A DNA stretch of 64,000 nucleotides. Origin: Octopus sinensis (lineage: Eukaryota). The first letter of the stretch is position 1; every line of letters starts with the position of its first letter. Location of the stretch: assembly GCF_006345805.1 (NCBI RefSeq), contig NC_043011.1:38700464-38764463 (forward strand), written 5' to 3'. A program made the translations under genes and the position numbers. Shown here in pieces: positions 11,817 through 25,235 of this stretch. Under the pieces are notes generated by a model. It worked only from the letters and a program-made list of their open reading frames with translations, searched no databases and had not been told where the DNA came from.

Positions 11817-11960
11817 GCGCAGGAGTGGATGTGTGGTAAGTGGCTTGCTTACCAACCACATGATTCTGGGTTCAGTCCCACTGCGTGGTACCTTGGGAAG
11901 ATGTCTTCTGTTATAGCCTCGGACCGACCAAAGCCTTGTGAGTGGTAGAGGGAAACTGAA
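11817..11960 (+). mobile_element. SINE family B, 5' half
   Basis: GCGCAGGAGTGGATGTGTGGTAAG...GGAAACTGAAA, then truncated by the HHR element. Confidence 0.85.
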
Positions 11961-11963
11961 ATC

Positions 11964-12235
11964 CATTCGTCAGGTGGATTTCCGATCTTCTAATCAGTTT
12001 TTAATTTAAAACTGATTAGAAGATCCACCTGACGAATGTCATTTGAAGACATGAAACAATTGTAGTGGAGGTTTATTTACTCTATATTAAAATTTTTCCT
12101 TGTTTGATTTGCAAAATAGTGGTTTTGTCTCGAATTAATATTATATAATATTTTACTATAAAATTGGATTTAATCCTAAATCTGATTTTTTCCCTGTAAA
12201 TTTGGATTTATTCCCTAATATTTATTATATATATA
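11964..12235 (+). mobile_element. Short PLE-like pseudo-LTR element with an inverted 5' duplication and an HHR, ending on (TA)n
   Basis: 11964-12003 is the reverse complement of ~12007-12038; the tail is homologous to 34089-34215. Confidence 0.7.
12024..12069 (+). ncRNA. Minimal type I hammerhead ribozyme
   Basis: TCCAC-CTGACGA-ATGTC(atttgaa)GACAT-GAAA-CAATTG-TA-GTGGA: stems I and II fully paired, palindromic stem III. Confidence 0.85.
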
Positions 12236-12246
12236 TATATAATAGC

Positions 12247-12527
12247 GTGGAGGCGCAATGGCCCAGTGGTTAGGGCAGCGGATTCGCGGTCGTAGGATCG
12301 CGGTTTCGATTCCCAGACCGGGCGTTGTGAGTGTTTATTGAGCGAAAACACCTAATGCTCCACGAGGCTCCGGCAGGGATGGTGGTGATCCCTGCTGTAC
12401 TCTTTCACCACAACTTTCACTCACTCTTACTTCCTGTTTCTGTTGTACCTGTATTTTCAGCCACTTACACGTTAATTTCACGAGCAGGCTGTTCCGTTGA
12501 TCGGATCAACCGGAGCCCTCGTCGTCA
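12247..12527 (+). mobile_element. SINE family C, internally deleted
   Basis: High similarity to 50911-51280 but lacking a central segment. Confidence 0.85.
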
Positions 12528-12830
12528 TGACAGCTATCTGTCATGATACTTAAAGCCTTACCACACTGCGCTATTCATCACTTATTGATGTATATCATTA
12601 AAAGTCCCGGATGTCAAAAAGCAGAAATTTATTTAGCAATGTTACCACCATTGCTGAATGAGTTTACCTGCTACTGTTATAGTCCTGTGTTATTTTAACA
12701 CCACATGTCTGTTTGACGCTCTAATGATTGTCGGTCCGTGAATATATATATATATATATATACACACACATAAGTATGTGTGTATGTATAAGTATATATA
12801 TATATATATATATATAATTATATATATATA

Positions 12831-13270
12831 GGCGTAGGAGTGGCTGTGTGGTATGTAGCTTGCTTATCAGCCACATGGTTCCGGGTTCAGTCCCACTACG
12901 TGGCACCTTGGGCAAGTGTCTTCTACTATAGTCTCGGGCTGACCAAAGCCTTGTGAGTGGATTTGGTAGACGGAAACTGAAAGAAGCCCGTCGTATATAT
13001 CTATAAATGTGTGTATATGTTTGTGTGTCTGTGTTTGTCTCCCCAACATCGCTTGACAACCGATCCTGGCTCGCACCACCCCCCCCGCCAACATCGCTTC
13101 ACAACCGATGCTGCAGAGTTTACGTCCCCATAGCGGTTCGGCGAAAGAGACCGATAGAATAAGTACTAGGCTTACAAAGAATATGTCCTGGGGTCGATTT
13201 GCTCGACTAAAAGGCGGTGCTCCAGCATGGCCGCAGTCAAATGACTGAAACAAGTAAAAGAGTAAAAGAG
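12831..13270 (+). mobile_element. Full-length SINE family B
   Basis: Head, CORE-like segment, central (TA/TG)n, and tail GGCGGTGCTCCAGCATGGCCGCAGTCAAATGACTGAAACAAGTAAAAG. Confidence 0.9.
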
Positions 13271-13710
13271 ATATATAAAATTAACAGAATGAGATAAAAA
13301 AAAACACAAGAGCGAGAAAGATTTCAGAACATTTATACAGAGGTCTTACAGCTGCTTTCGGGATATTCTATATATCCCTTCATCAGAGACGGTGCGAGAA
13401 AATGATTAAGCAATAGTTATTATAGAGATGATATAAAATTACACTCTGTATTTTATATCATCTCTATAATAACTATTGCTTAACCATTATCTCGCACCGT
13501 CTCTGATTAAAGGATATATAAAATATCCCGGAAATGTATTTCATATCATTTCTACAATAACTATTGCTTAACCATTTTCTCGCACCGTCTCTGATGAAGG
13601 GATATATAAAATATCCCCGAAACAGCTGTAAGACCTCTTTATAAATGTTCTGAAATCTTTCTCACTCTTGTGTTTTTTATCTCATTCTGATAATTTTTTA
13701 TATATATACG
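13271..13710 (+). mobile_element. Inverted plus partial-tandem HHR-bearing mini element (PLE pseudo-LTR-like)
   Basis: Inverted arms centred near 13445; direct partial repeat 13465-13535 vs 13553-13622; 3' end on (TA)n. Confidence 0.75.
13587..13634 (+). ncRNA. Minimal type I hammerhead ribozyme (inverted copy at 13343-13390; truncated copy at ~13499-13534)
   Basis: GTCT-CTGATGA-AGGGATAT(ataaa)ATATCCCC-GAAA-CAGCTG-TA-AGAC. Confidence 0.8.
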
Positions 13711-13869
13711 CATGCTAATATAAAACCTACGTTGGACTCCTCATTCGCATAATCCCCGAGCCAGGAGCTTAAATATATTCTGTCCATAGCACTTACTCAG
13801 CATTATCTGACACCTTTTGGTCTTCCTAACACCATTACCTCTCATAAACTATATATATATATATATATA

Positions 13870-14100
13870 TTTCTTTACTACCCACAAGGGGTTAAACACA
13901 GAGGGGACAAACAAGGACAGACAAAGGGATTAAGTCGACTACATCGACCCCAGTGCGTAACTGGTACTTATAATTTATCGACCCCGAAAGGATGAAAGGC
14001 AAAGTCGACCTCGCGGAATTTGAACTCGGACGTCACGACAGACGAAATACGGCTACGAATTTCGCCCGGCGTGCTAACGTTTCTACCAGCTCGCCGCCTT
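13870..14100 (-). mobile_element. SINE family A (A1 tail), full length
   Basis: Complete head, core and CTTTACTACCCACAAGGGG tail in reverse orientation. Confidence 0.9.
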
Positions 14101-14122
14101 TATATATATGTGTGTGTGTATG

Positions 14123-14173
<51 letters not shown>

Positions 14174-14539
14174 ATATATATATATATATATAGTATGTGT
14201 GTGTGTATGTATGTGTGTGTGAGTGTATACATGTATATATATAATATATTCATTTAAACAGTTAAAGCAATGCTATCAATGTACGATGCTTGGGTATATG
14301 CCTGGATGCACGTGCATTTGCATGTATATGCGAGTGCGTGAGGGTTTTTCTATGAAGCTCACGGGATGCATTTGTATGAGTTCATCATTTCGCAGTCAAT
14401 TCGTTTAACTACCTGACAATTCAAGGCTATGTCCGACGCATCTTAACTATCGACCTCCAATCACTGTCATCTCAATTTATGTCTCCGATCCTGATATCGA
14501 TCAACGTACAAGTGCAGCGACATTTAAACATTCCTGAGA

Positions 14540-14947
14540 GTGTGTGAGGTGTGTGAGTATATATATGTATATATATATATATATATAAGTATATTTATTA
14601 ATATATGTAATATATATGTATATATACATATGTATGTATATATATATATATATATATAATATATATATATATACATATATATAGCACATATCCATAAAAT
14701 ATTCATACGTACATGTACATATGTATACGTGTATATATATATATACATGAATGTGTGTGTATATGTATGCATATATATGCATATATACATATATATACAC
14801 ACACATATATATAGTATACATATATAAATATATCAATGCATATATAATATATGTATATACATATGTATATATATGTATATATATATATTATATATAATAT
14901 ATATATATATATATATGTATGTATATATATATGTATATATATATATG

Positions 14948-14978
<31 letters not shown>

Positions 14979-14988
14979 GATATAATAA

Positions 14989-15022
<34 letters not shown>

Positions 15023-15025
15023 CTA
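14540..15025. repeat. Long imperfect (TA)n/(TG)n microsatellite
   Basis: Direct inspection. Confidence 0.95.
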
Positions 15026-15156
15026 TGAAGCTCGCACAATTCGGTCCCAAGAAAATTTGTACGTACTTATTAAGAGAATTTAGGTGTTGAACTACGAAAA
15101 CTCTCACTTTCTCCTAATTCACTCTTATTCTCTTCCACTCTCTCACTATATCTATA

Positions 15157-15193
<37 letters not shown>

Positions 15194-15393
15194 TATATGT
15201 ATGTATGTATACATGTATATAAATATATGTGTAAATATATACATGCATACAAACGCATGTGTGTGTATCTGTGTGTGTGTGTGTCTGCATGTTCGAAGTT
15301 AAGCAGGTAATCAGGTACCACTATATAAGTAAAGCCATATATGTTTACACTACACTTGTACTCATACGACTATATATATATATATACACACAC

Positions 15394-15443
<50 letters not shown>

Positions 15444-16325
15444 ATATATATATAATATATATATACATATATATACATACATATAATGACATAGATACTA
15501 ACATATAGTTATCTATACGTATACTTCTTTATCTATATACATACGAGTGTGTGTGTTTATGTGTCCGTGTGTGTGTATGTGTTTATTTATATGCGTATGA
15601 ATACATGCATATAATTGCGCACGCATACACTTCTATGTGAATGAATGCATTTAAGCATAATTTTCTAAAATTATGATGGATGTTACACTATTATTAGAAG
15701 CCAATTGTATCAAAGTAAAGCATAATGGAATAGTTATTATACATATTATGAGAATATGCACCAAAGACGGAAATTATAAAGCTGCTTTCACTTGCAAAGG
15801 AAAATTCACCATTTTAAACTATATTGAGTATCTGATAATGTGGAACATTTATGGCTTTGAGAAGAAAATCCGAGATAATCTGTTTCATTTAACCTTTGTA
15901 GGATTTTGGTAAGTAATTATGGCTCTTCTGCTACAAACATAGATTTAAATAATCCGTTGATGCTAAAAGAAAATGATAGTGTAGGAGAACCACAAAGAAG
16001 GCAGGTATACATTAGGACGATTGGTGGCTGGTTGCATGCAAGGAAAGAAGGTATATAACTACGATGGTTTGTACAGGAGTATGAAAAATAATTAAGTGAT
16101 GAAAGTTCTCTGAATGGGTAGAGAGAGAATAAAAAGAAGAGGGAAAGTAAGAATGAAAAAGGGAAAGAAAGACGTGAAGAAAGATACGTAGTTACATGCA
16201 TACATACATACATACATACATACATACATACACGCATACTTACATATCGTGAATGAACTGCTTTGTAGGAATATCGAAATAAATAATTTACTAAAGAAAC
16301 AAGCTATGTAGATGTAAATGTTACA

Positions 16326-16331
16326 GATAGG

Positions 16332-16378
<47 letters not shown>

Positions 16379-16383
16379 GCAGG

Positions 16384-16419
<36 letters not shown>

Positions 16420-16422
16420 TAA

Positions 16423-16500
<78 letters not shown>
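16326..16500. repeat. (TAGA)n/(CAGA)n tetranucleotide microsatellite
   Basis: Direct inspection. Confidence 0.95.
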
Positions 16501-16501
<1 letters not shown>

Positions 16502-16859
16502 TTTCCGATACGTATATTTACATTCATGATCGTTACGAGGTGTGTGCACACATACTAACCCATGTACATAAATATAGACACACATTCATTTATATAGAAA
16601 CATTGATAAATACACCAATTGCTGCATTTCATGAAACTGGGTTTAACAATTCTATGTCTATGCATTTATACCAATCATAAATTTCGTGTGTGTTTGTGTG
16701 CGTGCACGCATGTGTATATATTTGTGTGTTTGCGCGTATGTATGTATTTATGTATGCATGCATGTATGAATGTGTGCATGCATGTATGTAAGTATGCATG
16801 TATTTATGCCGGCACGCATGTATGTATGTGTACAATCCCGTACGTAAGTGTGTATGTAT

Positions 16860-17462
16860 GTTATTATTCAGTTTTATTTCACGATTTGCCAATAGAGAGA
16901 GACGGTTTCTAACCTAGATCTAGGCTCCTTCATTGGAATTCTTTCATCATCGGGGTAGTTTTTATGTATGTATGTATGTATGTATGTATGTTATGTATGT
17001 ATGTATGTATATATGTATGTATGAATGTATGTATGTACGTATACGTACAGATTCGTAGTTTTTGTTTATGTATGTATTCTTATGCATATAGTTACATATC
17101 TAGACATGTTCATATATATTTAAATAAAAAATTTCTGGGAAGTTTTACAGATTTTTACAGTTCCAGTGATGGATTGGATCTGTAGACTTCGAATTAGCTT
17201 TCTCTTTTCGGTTTTCGAGAACCTAATTTTTCAAGATAGTTATTTAGACAGTATGTTACATATCCCAATGCACCAATAATTGCAAGTAGAAATCTGAACT
17301 TTTAATCTGGATATTGTAACTTCAGATTTCTCAATAGTTCAGCGTAGGTATTCTCTTTTTTCACATTTTTCATCTTTATGTTAACATCTGCTGGGCAGCT
17401 AATTTCCACAACATTACACAGTTTCTCTTCTCAATGCTAAATCATATCAGATCTTACATTTG
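16860..17462 (-). mobile_element. 3' fragment of a REL-endonuclease non-LTR retrotransposon; coding remnant ~17110-17462
   Basis: Minus-strand translation with breaks: EEKLCNVVEISCPADVNI..KENTYAELLRNLKLQYPD*KFRFLLAIIGALGY..LQIQSITGTVKICK. 3' UTR extent is approximate. Confidence 0.72.
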
Positions 17463-18943
17463 TATATATGTATGTATGAATGTATGCATGTATGTATATG
17501 ATGGCTTTTCTGCACTCCATATTTCGATCTGTGAAAGTTCAATTGGTCAATCACATTGAGAACCAACTCAATAAACCATTGCACGAAATGGCTGCCTATT
17601 GAATATTATAGCAACACGTGTATCCACAACATATTTGGCAAAAGCCATGTTGCATACTGAGACAATGTTGGCACCTGGAGTTATAGCATGAGTCGTAATT
17701 CAAACTATGCAGCTTATCATGCCCCCACCTACGGACTGTAGAAAACTCAGCTTTCCGTGTTTCTAAAATATATGAAGAAACGAAATAACAGCACATTCTA
17801 CTGAAGCAACTTTTGAAGTGCTCGTTATTTTATACGCAGTAACAACCCTGCAATTTATGCACAATGGAAAAGTGACCCACTATTTTTTCCAAATGTACTG
17901 TACTATTTTGTTAGTAGAAGCCCTTGGAAAGTTTATCCACTATGTTGCCAGTAGGTTACTAAATAATGTAACTTGCTTAAATTCTTACGTTAATACAATT
18001 AACCTATCATTAGTGATTCTACAATAGTTCACATGTAGACTCTCATTATTCCCAGGTCTTTCTTTTTAAACAGTACCCATTTAATTATAATAGCACTCAG
18101 TGCTGTATGGTAGAAACTTTTGGTACGGAACTGACCTCTAAAATCTTATTTTTGCAGCATCTATTTGCAGCCACTTTTTGATTAGGTGTAAATCTTAATC
18201 CGTTTAGTATTAATTATCGTCCTTTTTAATTATTTATCATAATTACCTCACCCTGTCTGTATCCACTTCCTTGTTAACTGTTCTCTATACGCTGCATGTT
18301 ATTCCAAATTCAATATTGTTTATTCTATTTTCTCCCATTGCATATCTTCACTGATTAAGATCTATAATTAATTTTCAAGTTTCTACCTTAGATTATATTA
18401 ACTTAATTAGATCCTTTCATAAGACTTTAATATCTCCTTTCCAAAATTTCTATGCACGTCTTCTTTAACATCTTCATATAGACACTTTTTAAACCTTAAC
18501 AATTTAACATTCCATTTTTGCTTCCTTACTTCATTTAATTTTCCTAAAAAATCTAAACCCCTAAATCGCCTAATTATATTCTATTTACTTCCAAGAAATT
18601 TCTTTACTAATTTTGTATATCGTTCTACATTTTATTGTTTAATGATTTAATAATTTGTTTATTCATTTAATCAAGTGGAGTTAATAACCTATTTTTATTT
18701 GCTGGATGTTTCTATATTTACACCATTAATTCTACACAAATTTTGCTAGTACTTTATTTAATATCCCTTCTTCTTCCTTAATTTTCTTGATATTCCTCTT
18801 GGTCTGCAGTCTTTCGTTTCTTCATTACCTTAACCTGAATTAACTAATAGCATTATATATTATTACTTTTCTCTACAACTTCTCCTGCCCTCAAATTATG
18901 CTCATAATTTGTTCATATCTGTATTTACCGTGTATTATACATT

Positions 18944-19248
18944 GTTGTTGTTGATTGCTCCTTTCCAAACCAGGCCTGGCTCATGAGGGCCGGTTTCCCG
19001 GTTTCATTGGCGTATAGGTTCCCCACCTGGACAGGACGCCGATCCGTCACAGGTGAGCTGCTAGGTGCAAGAAGAAAGAGTGAGAGAAAGCTGTGGCAAA
19101 AGAGTCAGCAGACGTTCACCATTACCTTCTGCCGGAGCCGCGTGGAGCTTAGGTGTTTCGCTCACAAACACATACATCGTCCGGTCTGAGATTCGAAACC
19201 GTGATCCCCGACTGCCAGTCCGTTGCTCTAACCACTAGGCCTCCACTG
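18944..19248 (-). mobile_element. tRNA-derived SINE with a family-C-like head, RTE-like tail and (AAC)n end
   Basis: Reverse complement reads GGAGGCCTAGTGGTTAGAGC...GGTTTCGAATCTC...GAAACCGGCCCTCATGAGCC...(AAC)n. Confidence 0.7.
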
Positions 19249-20226
19249 TATTCTACATTAATAATTAAATATGCTAAATAGGTTATATATTGCATTACAA
19301 TATTCATTCCCCCCATAATACTAAATACGTTTACGTCTTACCCTTTCGTAGAATAAACGGCTAGTGCACATCACTCCGCTAGGAGCCTAGGGCTACGTTC
19401 CTGGTTTCTCTGGCGTATATATCATTTCCTGGACGGAGCAGGATTACTAAGTTTTAGCAGCTGAGAGAACGGGAGTTGCGTGAAATAACGCATTTATCAA
19501 AGGAGCACAACACACCGTCCGGTTCGAAACAGCAATTTGAATATCACGAGTCCGATACCCCAATCATTAAGTCAGGCGCCTCCACTCGCAGAATAAATGA
19601 ATAAGGTACTTTTAGTCTTTTATTAGTCTATGTATATATTTATTTATATGAATAATTTTAAAAAATCTAAATAAATTGGCATTTTAAAAGGATTTTCAAT
19701 GATTTTGATATCCCTTCATATAAATTTTATGCCTTTCTGTAAAAATTCATTTCTGTAAAATTTATTCACACTTATTATTGCGTCCGAGAGTAACGTACCC
19801 GTCAAAAGTAAGGTACCGGTCAAGCACCGAGTTCCATATAACAGTTTAATCTCTTTTTCGCAATTGCTGGCCTTGTGCCAAAATTTGAAACAAAAATAAA
19901 AGATGATGACCAATGGCTAGAAGAATATTGGGCGAAACCTAGTTACTAGCTGATCTTACCAGCAGGGCATGAGCGCAAGTGAGGTGGGACTTGCGCACCA
20001 TAATGCTGGTCAGAAGAAGGCCCCGAAACGGTGCGTATTCTAACCTTATGCATTTCGTCTGTCTCATCGATCTGATTTGAAATTTTGTCGAGGTCAACTT
20101 AGCCTTTTCCAGATCAATAAAGCAAGTACCAGCAGAGCACTGGAGTCGAAGAAATCGACTGAAGCCTTTACACAGAATTGCTGGCCTTGTGCCAAAATTC
20201 AAAACCATTATTATTATTATTATTAT

Positions 20227-20288
<62 letters not shown>

Positions 20289-20334
20289 ATATTATTATTA
20301 TTATTATTATTAATATTATTATTATTTAATTATT

Positions 20335-20710
20335 GTGCAGTAGTGACTGTGTGGTAAGTAGCTTGCTGACGAACCACATGGTTCCGGGTTCATTCCCACT
20401 GCGTGGCATCTTGGGCAAGTGCCTTCTATATACAGCCTCGAGCAGACCAAAGCCTTGTGAGTGGATTTGGTAGACGGAAACTGAAAGAAGCCCGTCGTAT
20501 ATATGTATGAGTGTGTATATGTTTGTGTGTTTGTGTTTGTCCCCCCGACATGGCTTGACAGCCGATGCTGGTGTGTTAATGTCCCCGTAACTTAGCGATT
20601 CGGTAAAAAGAGACCGATATAATAAGTACAAGGCTTCCAAAGAATAAGTCCTGGGGTCGATTTGCTCGACTAAAGGCCACAGCCAAATGACTGAAACAAG
20701 TAAAAGAGTA
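20335..20710 (+). mobile_element. SINE family B
   Basis: Colinear with 12831-13270. Confidence 0.9.
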
Positions 20711-20771
20711 CTTATTAATATCATTATTATTATTATTATTATTTTTTTTTTTTTTTTTTTTTTTTTTTATT

Positions 20772-20985
20772 ACGGTGGCGAGCAGGCAGAACCGTTAGCA
20801 CTCTGGACGAAATGCTTATCCGTATTTCGCCCGTCGCTACGTTCTGAGTTCAAATTCGGCCGAGGCCGACTTTGCCTTTCATCCTTTCGGGGTCGATAAA
20901 TTAAGTACCAGTGAAACAGTGTTGTCAATGTAATCGACTATCCCTCTCCTCCATATTTCAGGCCTCGTGCCCATAATAAAAAGAT
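20772..20985 (+). mobile_element. SINE family A (A2 tail)
   Basis: Head, B box, core, and tail CCCTCTCCTCCATATTTCAGGCCTCGTGCC. Confidence 0.85.
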
Positions 20986-21327
20986 TTTGTCATTATTGTT
21001 ATTCTTTATTTTTATGAAAAATTGTTTTCCTCTCTTTTACGTTATTCGTTAACAAAATTTCTTTTAAGCCTTCTGTTTATCTACAAAGTTACTTATTTCC
21101 AAAGTCTTGTCGCTTCTTGCTTCACCTCACACTTTCCCCCTCTTTTCACCTGTCTAGCTTCTATTCACAAATTTTAATATAGTTTCCAATTTTAGAAAGT
21201 TCTTTCATTCCTCCAATTCTCACACCTTTCCATTTCAAAGACGTTCTGTTTGTTTTCATGTTTTTAATATTTCTCTTCTGTTCTTACCTTTACACATTTC
21301 AACTTCGCTCGTATTACCTTCAAATTT

Positions 21328-21341
21328 TTTTTCTTCTTCTT

Positions 21342-21428
<87 letters not shown>

Positions 21429-21498
21429 TTCATCTTTCTTCTTCATCTTCTTCCTTCTTCTTCTTCTTCTTCTTTTTCTTCTAGTACTACTGCTACTG

Positions 21499-21554
<56 letters not shown>

Positions 21555-21775
21555 GCTGCTGCTGCTACTGCAACTACTTTTCCTCTTCTCTTCTCCGACT
21601 CTTACTACTACTACTACTACGTTTCTTATCCTGCTCCTCCTGCTCCTCCTCCTCCTCCTACTACTACTACTACTACTACTACTACTGCTACTACTACAAC
21701 TTTTCTTCTTATCTTCGTCTTCTCCTCCTCCTCCTACCCCTACTACTACTACAATTACTACTACTACTACTAATG

Positions 21776-21872
<97 letters not shown>

Positions 21873-21895
21873 TAATAATAATAATTTTTCATCAT
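21328..21895. repeat. Compound trinucleotide microsatellite (TTC)(ATT)(ACT)(CCT)(AAT)(AAC)
   Basis: Direct inspection; a mixed ACT/CT block recurs at ~21484-21620 and ~21655-21770. Confidence 0.95.
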
Positions 21896-22254
21896 CTTCC
21901 ATTCTTTCTCTTCCGCTATTTCTATCTTTTTAGTACAAATCCTGTTTTAACCAGAATGTAACCGACGGAGGCAAGCCTCCGTCACTCTTTTCTTTACTTT
22001 TTCTTTTTACATCTTTTTCAATTTTTCTCTGACCCCGTTTCTGCAATAATTAAGTGGTCAGTGGTCACAGTCATACCAGCAATGACTACCTCATGCAATG
22101 TTTCTCAACCGGGTTCCACATCAACCTCGGGAGTTCACATAGGATTTAGTTAAAACTTACACGCAACAAATCAGTCATACTTCTATGATACACAAAATAT
22201 TCCAACACCTTATACGATTCCAAATCTATTTGGTTATAAAAATAATATTTAATG

Positions 22255-22930
22255 TTAATTGTTTATACTCTAGCCACAAGGGACTGAAAATTTAGGGGTA
22301 AAGGGGTTAAACGATTATATCGATCCCAGTACGTAACTAGTATTTATTTCATCGACCCCCAAATAATGAAAAGTAAAGTCGGCTTGGGCGGAATTTGAAC
22401 TCAGAACGCAGCGGCAGACGAAACGCCGCTAAGCAGTTCGCCTGGAATGCTAACGGTTCTACCAGCACACCTCTTTGTAATAATTAGTAATATGTTATAA
22501 TAATATTTAATTATCATTTCTATTAAAGGAACAAGGCCTCGAATTTGGAGAGAGGGGACAGTCGATAAGACTGACACCAGTGCGCAGCTGGTACTTAATC
22601 TATCGATCCCGAAAGATGAAGGCAAAGTTGACCTACGACGGAATTTGAACTCAGAACGTTGTGGCAGACGAAATACCGGTATTTCCTTCAGTGTGCTAAC
22701 GATTCTGCTAGCTCGGCCCTTAATAATAATAATAATCTTTGTATTCTAGACACAAAGCCCGAAATTTTGTGGGGAGGGGGGCCAGTCGATTAGATCGATC
22801 CCAGTACGCAACAGGTACTTAATTTATCGACCCCGAAAGGATGAGAGGTAAAGACGACCTCGGCGGAATTTGAAATGCCGCTTAGCATTTCGCCCGGCGT
22901 CTTAACACTCCTGCCAGCACGCCGCCTTTA
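22255..22930 (-). mobile_element. Three head-to-tail SINE family A copies, followed by (AAT)n
   Basis: Core repeated at ~22350, ~22605 and ~22825. Confidence 0.85.
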
Positions 22931-22942
22931 ATGATAATATAA

Positions 22943-22973
<31 letters not shown>

Positions 22974-23036
22974 TAATAATAATATAAATGATAATATAAT
23001 AATAATAATAATAAATAATAATAATTGATGATAATA

Positions 23037-23075
<39 letters not shown>

Positions 23076-23249
23076 TAATAATAATAATATATTAATTATA
23101 GAATGTAATAGCATTTTTTAAAACATCGAATGTTTATTAGCGACCACAGGATAACATGGGAATCAAGGGATTGCATATGTAAAAAGGGCTGAGAACCACT
23201 AATATAATGTGTCTTTCTTCTTTTGAGATGTTAGGGTGCGACTTTAGAA

Positions 23250-23560
23250 CGACTACGATTACTCTCCTTGTCTCTCTCTTTCTCCTTCACTCTATCTCTC
23301 TTTCTCTTCCTATCTCTGTTCTCACTCTTTCTTCCTGTATCTCTTCTCTCTTTCTTCCTCTTTCGTTTCTCTTTCTCTTTCTCTTTCTTCCTCTCTCTTC
23401 TTCTCTCTATTCTCTCTCTTTCTCTCTCTTTGGCTCTCTTATTCTGCCTCGTCTTCTTCTCCTCCTCCTTCTTCTTCGTCTCTTCCTCCTCGTCCTCCAT
23501 CGTCTCCTTCTTCTGCTTCTTCTCCTCCTCCTCCTCCTTCTTCTTCTGTTTCCTCTTCTT
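23250..23560. repeat. CT-rich low-complexity tract
   Basis: Direct inspection. Confidence 0.9.
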
Positions 23561-23917
23561 CCCAGCCACCGCTGTCAATATCATTCTTGTATAAGAATAA
23601 TATAAAACTACAGAGTAACCCATTAAATAAACGTAAAATTGTTTTTATAACTAATCATAAAACAAAAATTATATACGCACACACACACACACACTCACAC
23701 ACACACGCGCTCGCACGGGCGCAATGTTAAGGATTCGGGAGAGAATCCACTACGCAAATGATAGTCAAAAGATTGGGTCTGCTGCTTGAAATTCTATATA
23801 TCATCTGATGAAAACGTATTTTGTAACGATGAAATGAATACATTCGGCTATTTAAAAAATGCGTTGAAACAGCTGAAATGAACTGATGCTTTTCCATCGT
23901 TTGTTATTTATTTATTT

Positions 23918-24093
23918 GCTAGGAGTGGCTGTGTGGTAAGTAGCTTGCTTACGAACCACATGGTTCCGGTTGATTCCCAATGCGTGGCACCTTGGGCAAG
24001 TGGCTTCTACTATAGCATCGGGCCGACCAAAGCCTTGTGAGTGTATTTGGTAGACGGAAACTGAAAGAAGTCCGTTGTATATATGTATGTATG

Positions 24094-24140
<47 letters not shown>

Positions 24141-24378
24141 TTATGTATGTGTGTATGTTTATGTATATATGTTTGTGTGTCTGTGTTTGTCCCCGCAACA
24201 TCATTTGACAACCGATGCTGGTGTGTTTACGTCCCCGCAAATTAGCGGTTCGCCAAACGGAGCCTATAGAATAAGTACTAGGCTTTAAAAAACTAGGCCC
24301 TGGGGTTGATTTGGTTGAATAAAGACGGTGCTCCAGCATGGCCACATTCAAATTCTGAAACAAGTAAAATAATAAAAG
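23918..24378 (+). mobile_element. SINE family B
   Basis: Colinear with the other family B copies. Confidence 0.9.
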
Positions 24379-24418
24379 TGTGTATATATATACACACACA
24401 TGTATATATACATATATA

Positions 24419-24453
<35 letters not shown>

Positions 24454-24539
24454 CATATATATATACATACTTAAATACATATATTATATATATATAAGTA
24501 TATATGTGTGTCTGTGTGTACATATACATATATCTATAT

Positions 24540-24577
<38 letters not shown>

Positions 24578-24663
24578 GTACGTATATGTGTGTGCGTATA
24601 TATATATATATACATATACATAAATATATATGTATATATAATGTATATATGTATATATATGTA

Positions 24664-24707
<44 letters not shown>

Positions 24708-25203
24708 GTATGTATGTATACGCGCACACACACACACACACACACACACTCTTAAACTATTAATTCCCAAATCTTGAAGACAACCACTACTATTAGAATG
24801 GCATTAGCTCGATGTTAGACGAGAGCACATCAAATGTGAAAAGTATTTCTTCTGTAGCTGCAATTCTCAACATAAAAACAAATATTCCAGAAAAGATTCT
24901 AATGTAGGTGGCTATGGATGTAAACAAAGAAAAGTCATCTTCAAAAGATTTGTCGAACTTCTGACATTACCGCTAAACCACTTTCTTAATATAACATCCA
25001 TTATCGCTTTTCAACTCTAAAGGTTATTATCGTTGCTGCTACGAAGAAGAGGAAGGCACCGAGTAAGCATATTAAACGATACCCTAGGCCTTTGGTCCTT
25101 CCTTTACAAATACAACATGAGTTCAGCGACATAGGATTATGAATTTTCTTTCTGGAAGGAATTATTATAGCTTCCTCATGCACCCACTCATTCTCAATGC
25201 TTC

Positions 25204-25235
<32 letters not shown>

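Noticed and set aside
15673-15912. 79-aa ORF in unique AT-rich sequence
   Set aside because: No motif, no splice signals, and a length expected by chance.
18060-18900. Strand-biased AT-rich tract as a decayed LINE ORF2 (minus strand)
   Set aside because: Purine skew is suggestive, but I could not read any diagnostic motif.
21258-21902. 171- and 212-aa homopolymer ORFs
   Set aside because: Compound trinucleotide microsatellite; no unique coding sequence or splice context.
22096-22255. CAATGTTTCTCAACC as a hAT MITE
   Set aside because: Only one end is visible, with no matching TIR or TSD.
23231-23623. K/E/R-rich 130-aa ORF
   Set aside because: Arises from a CT/GA low-complexity tract.
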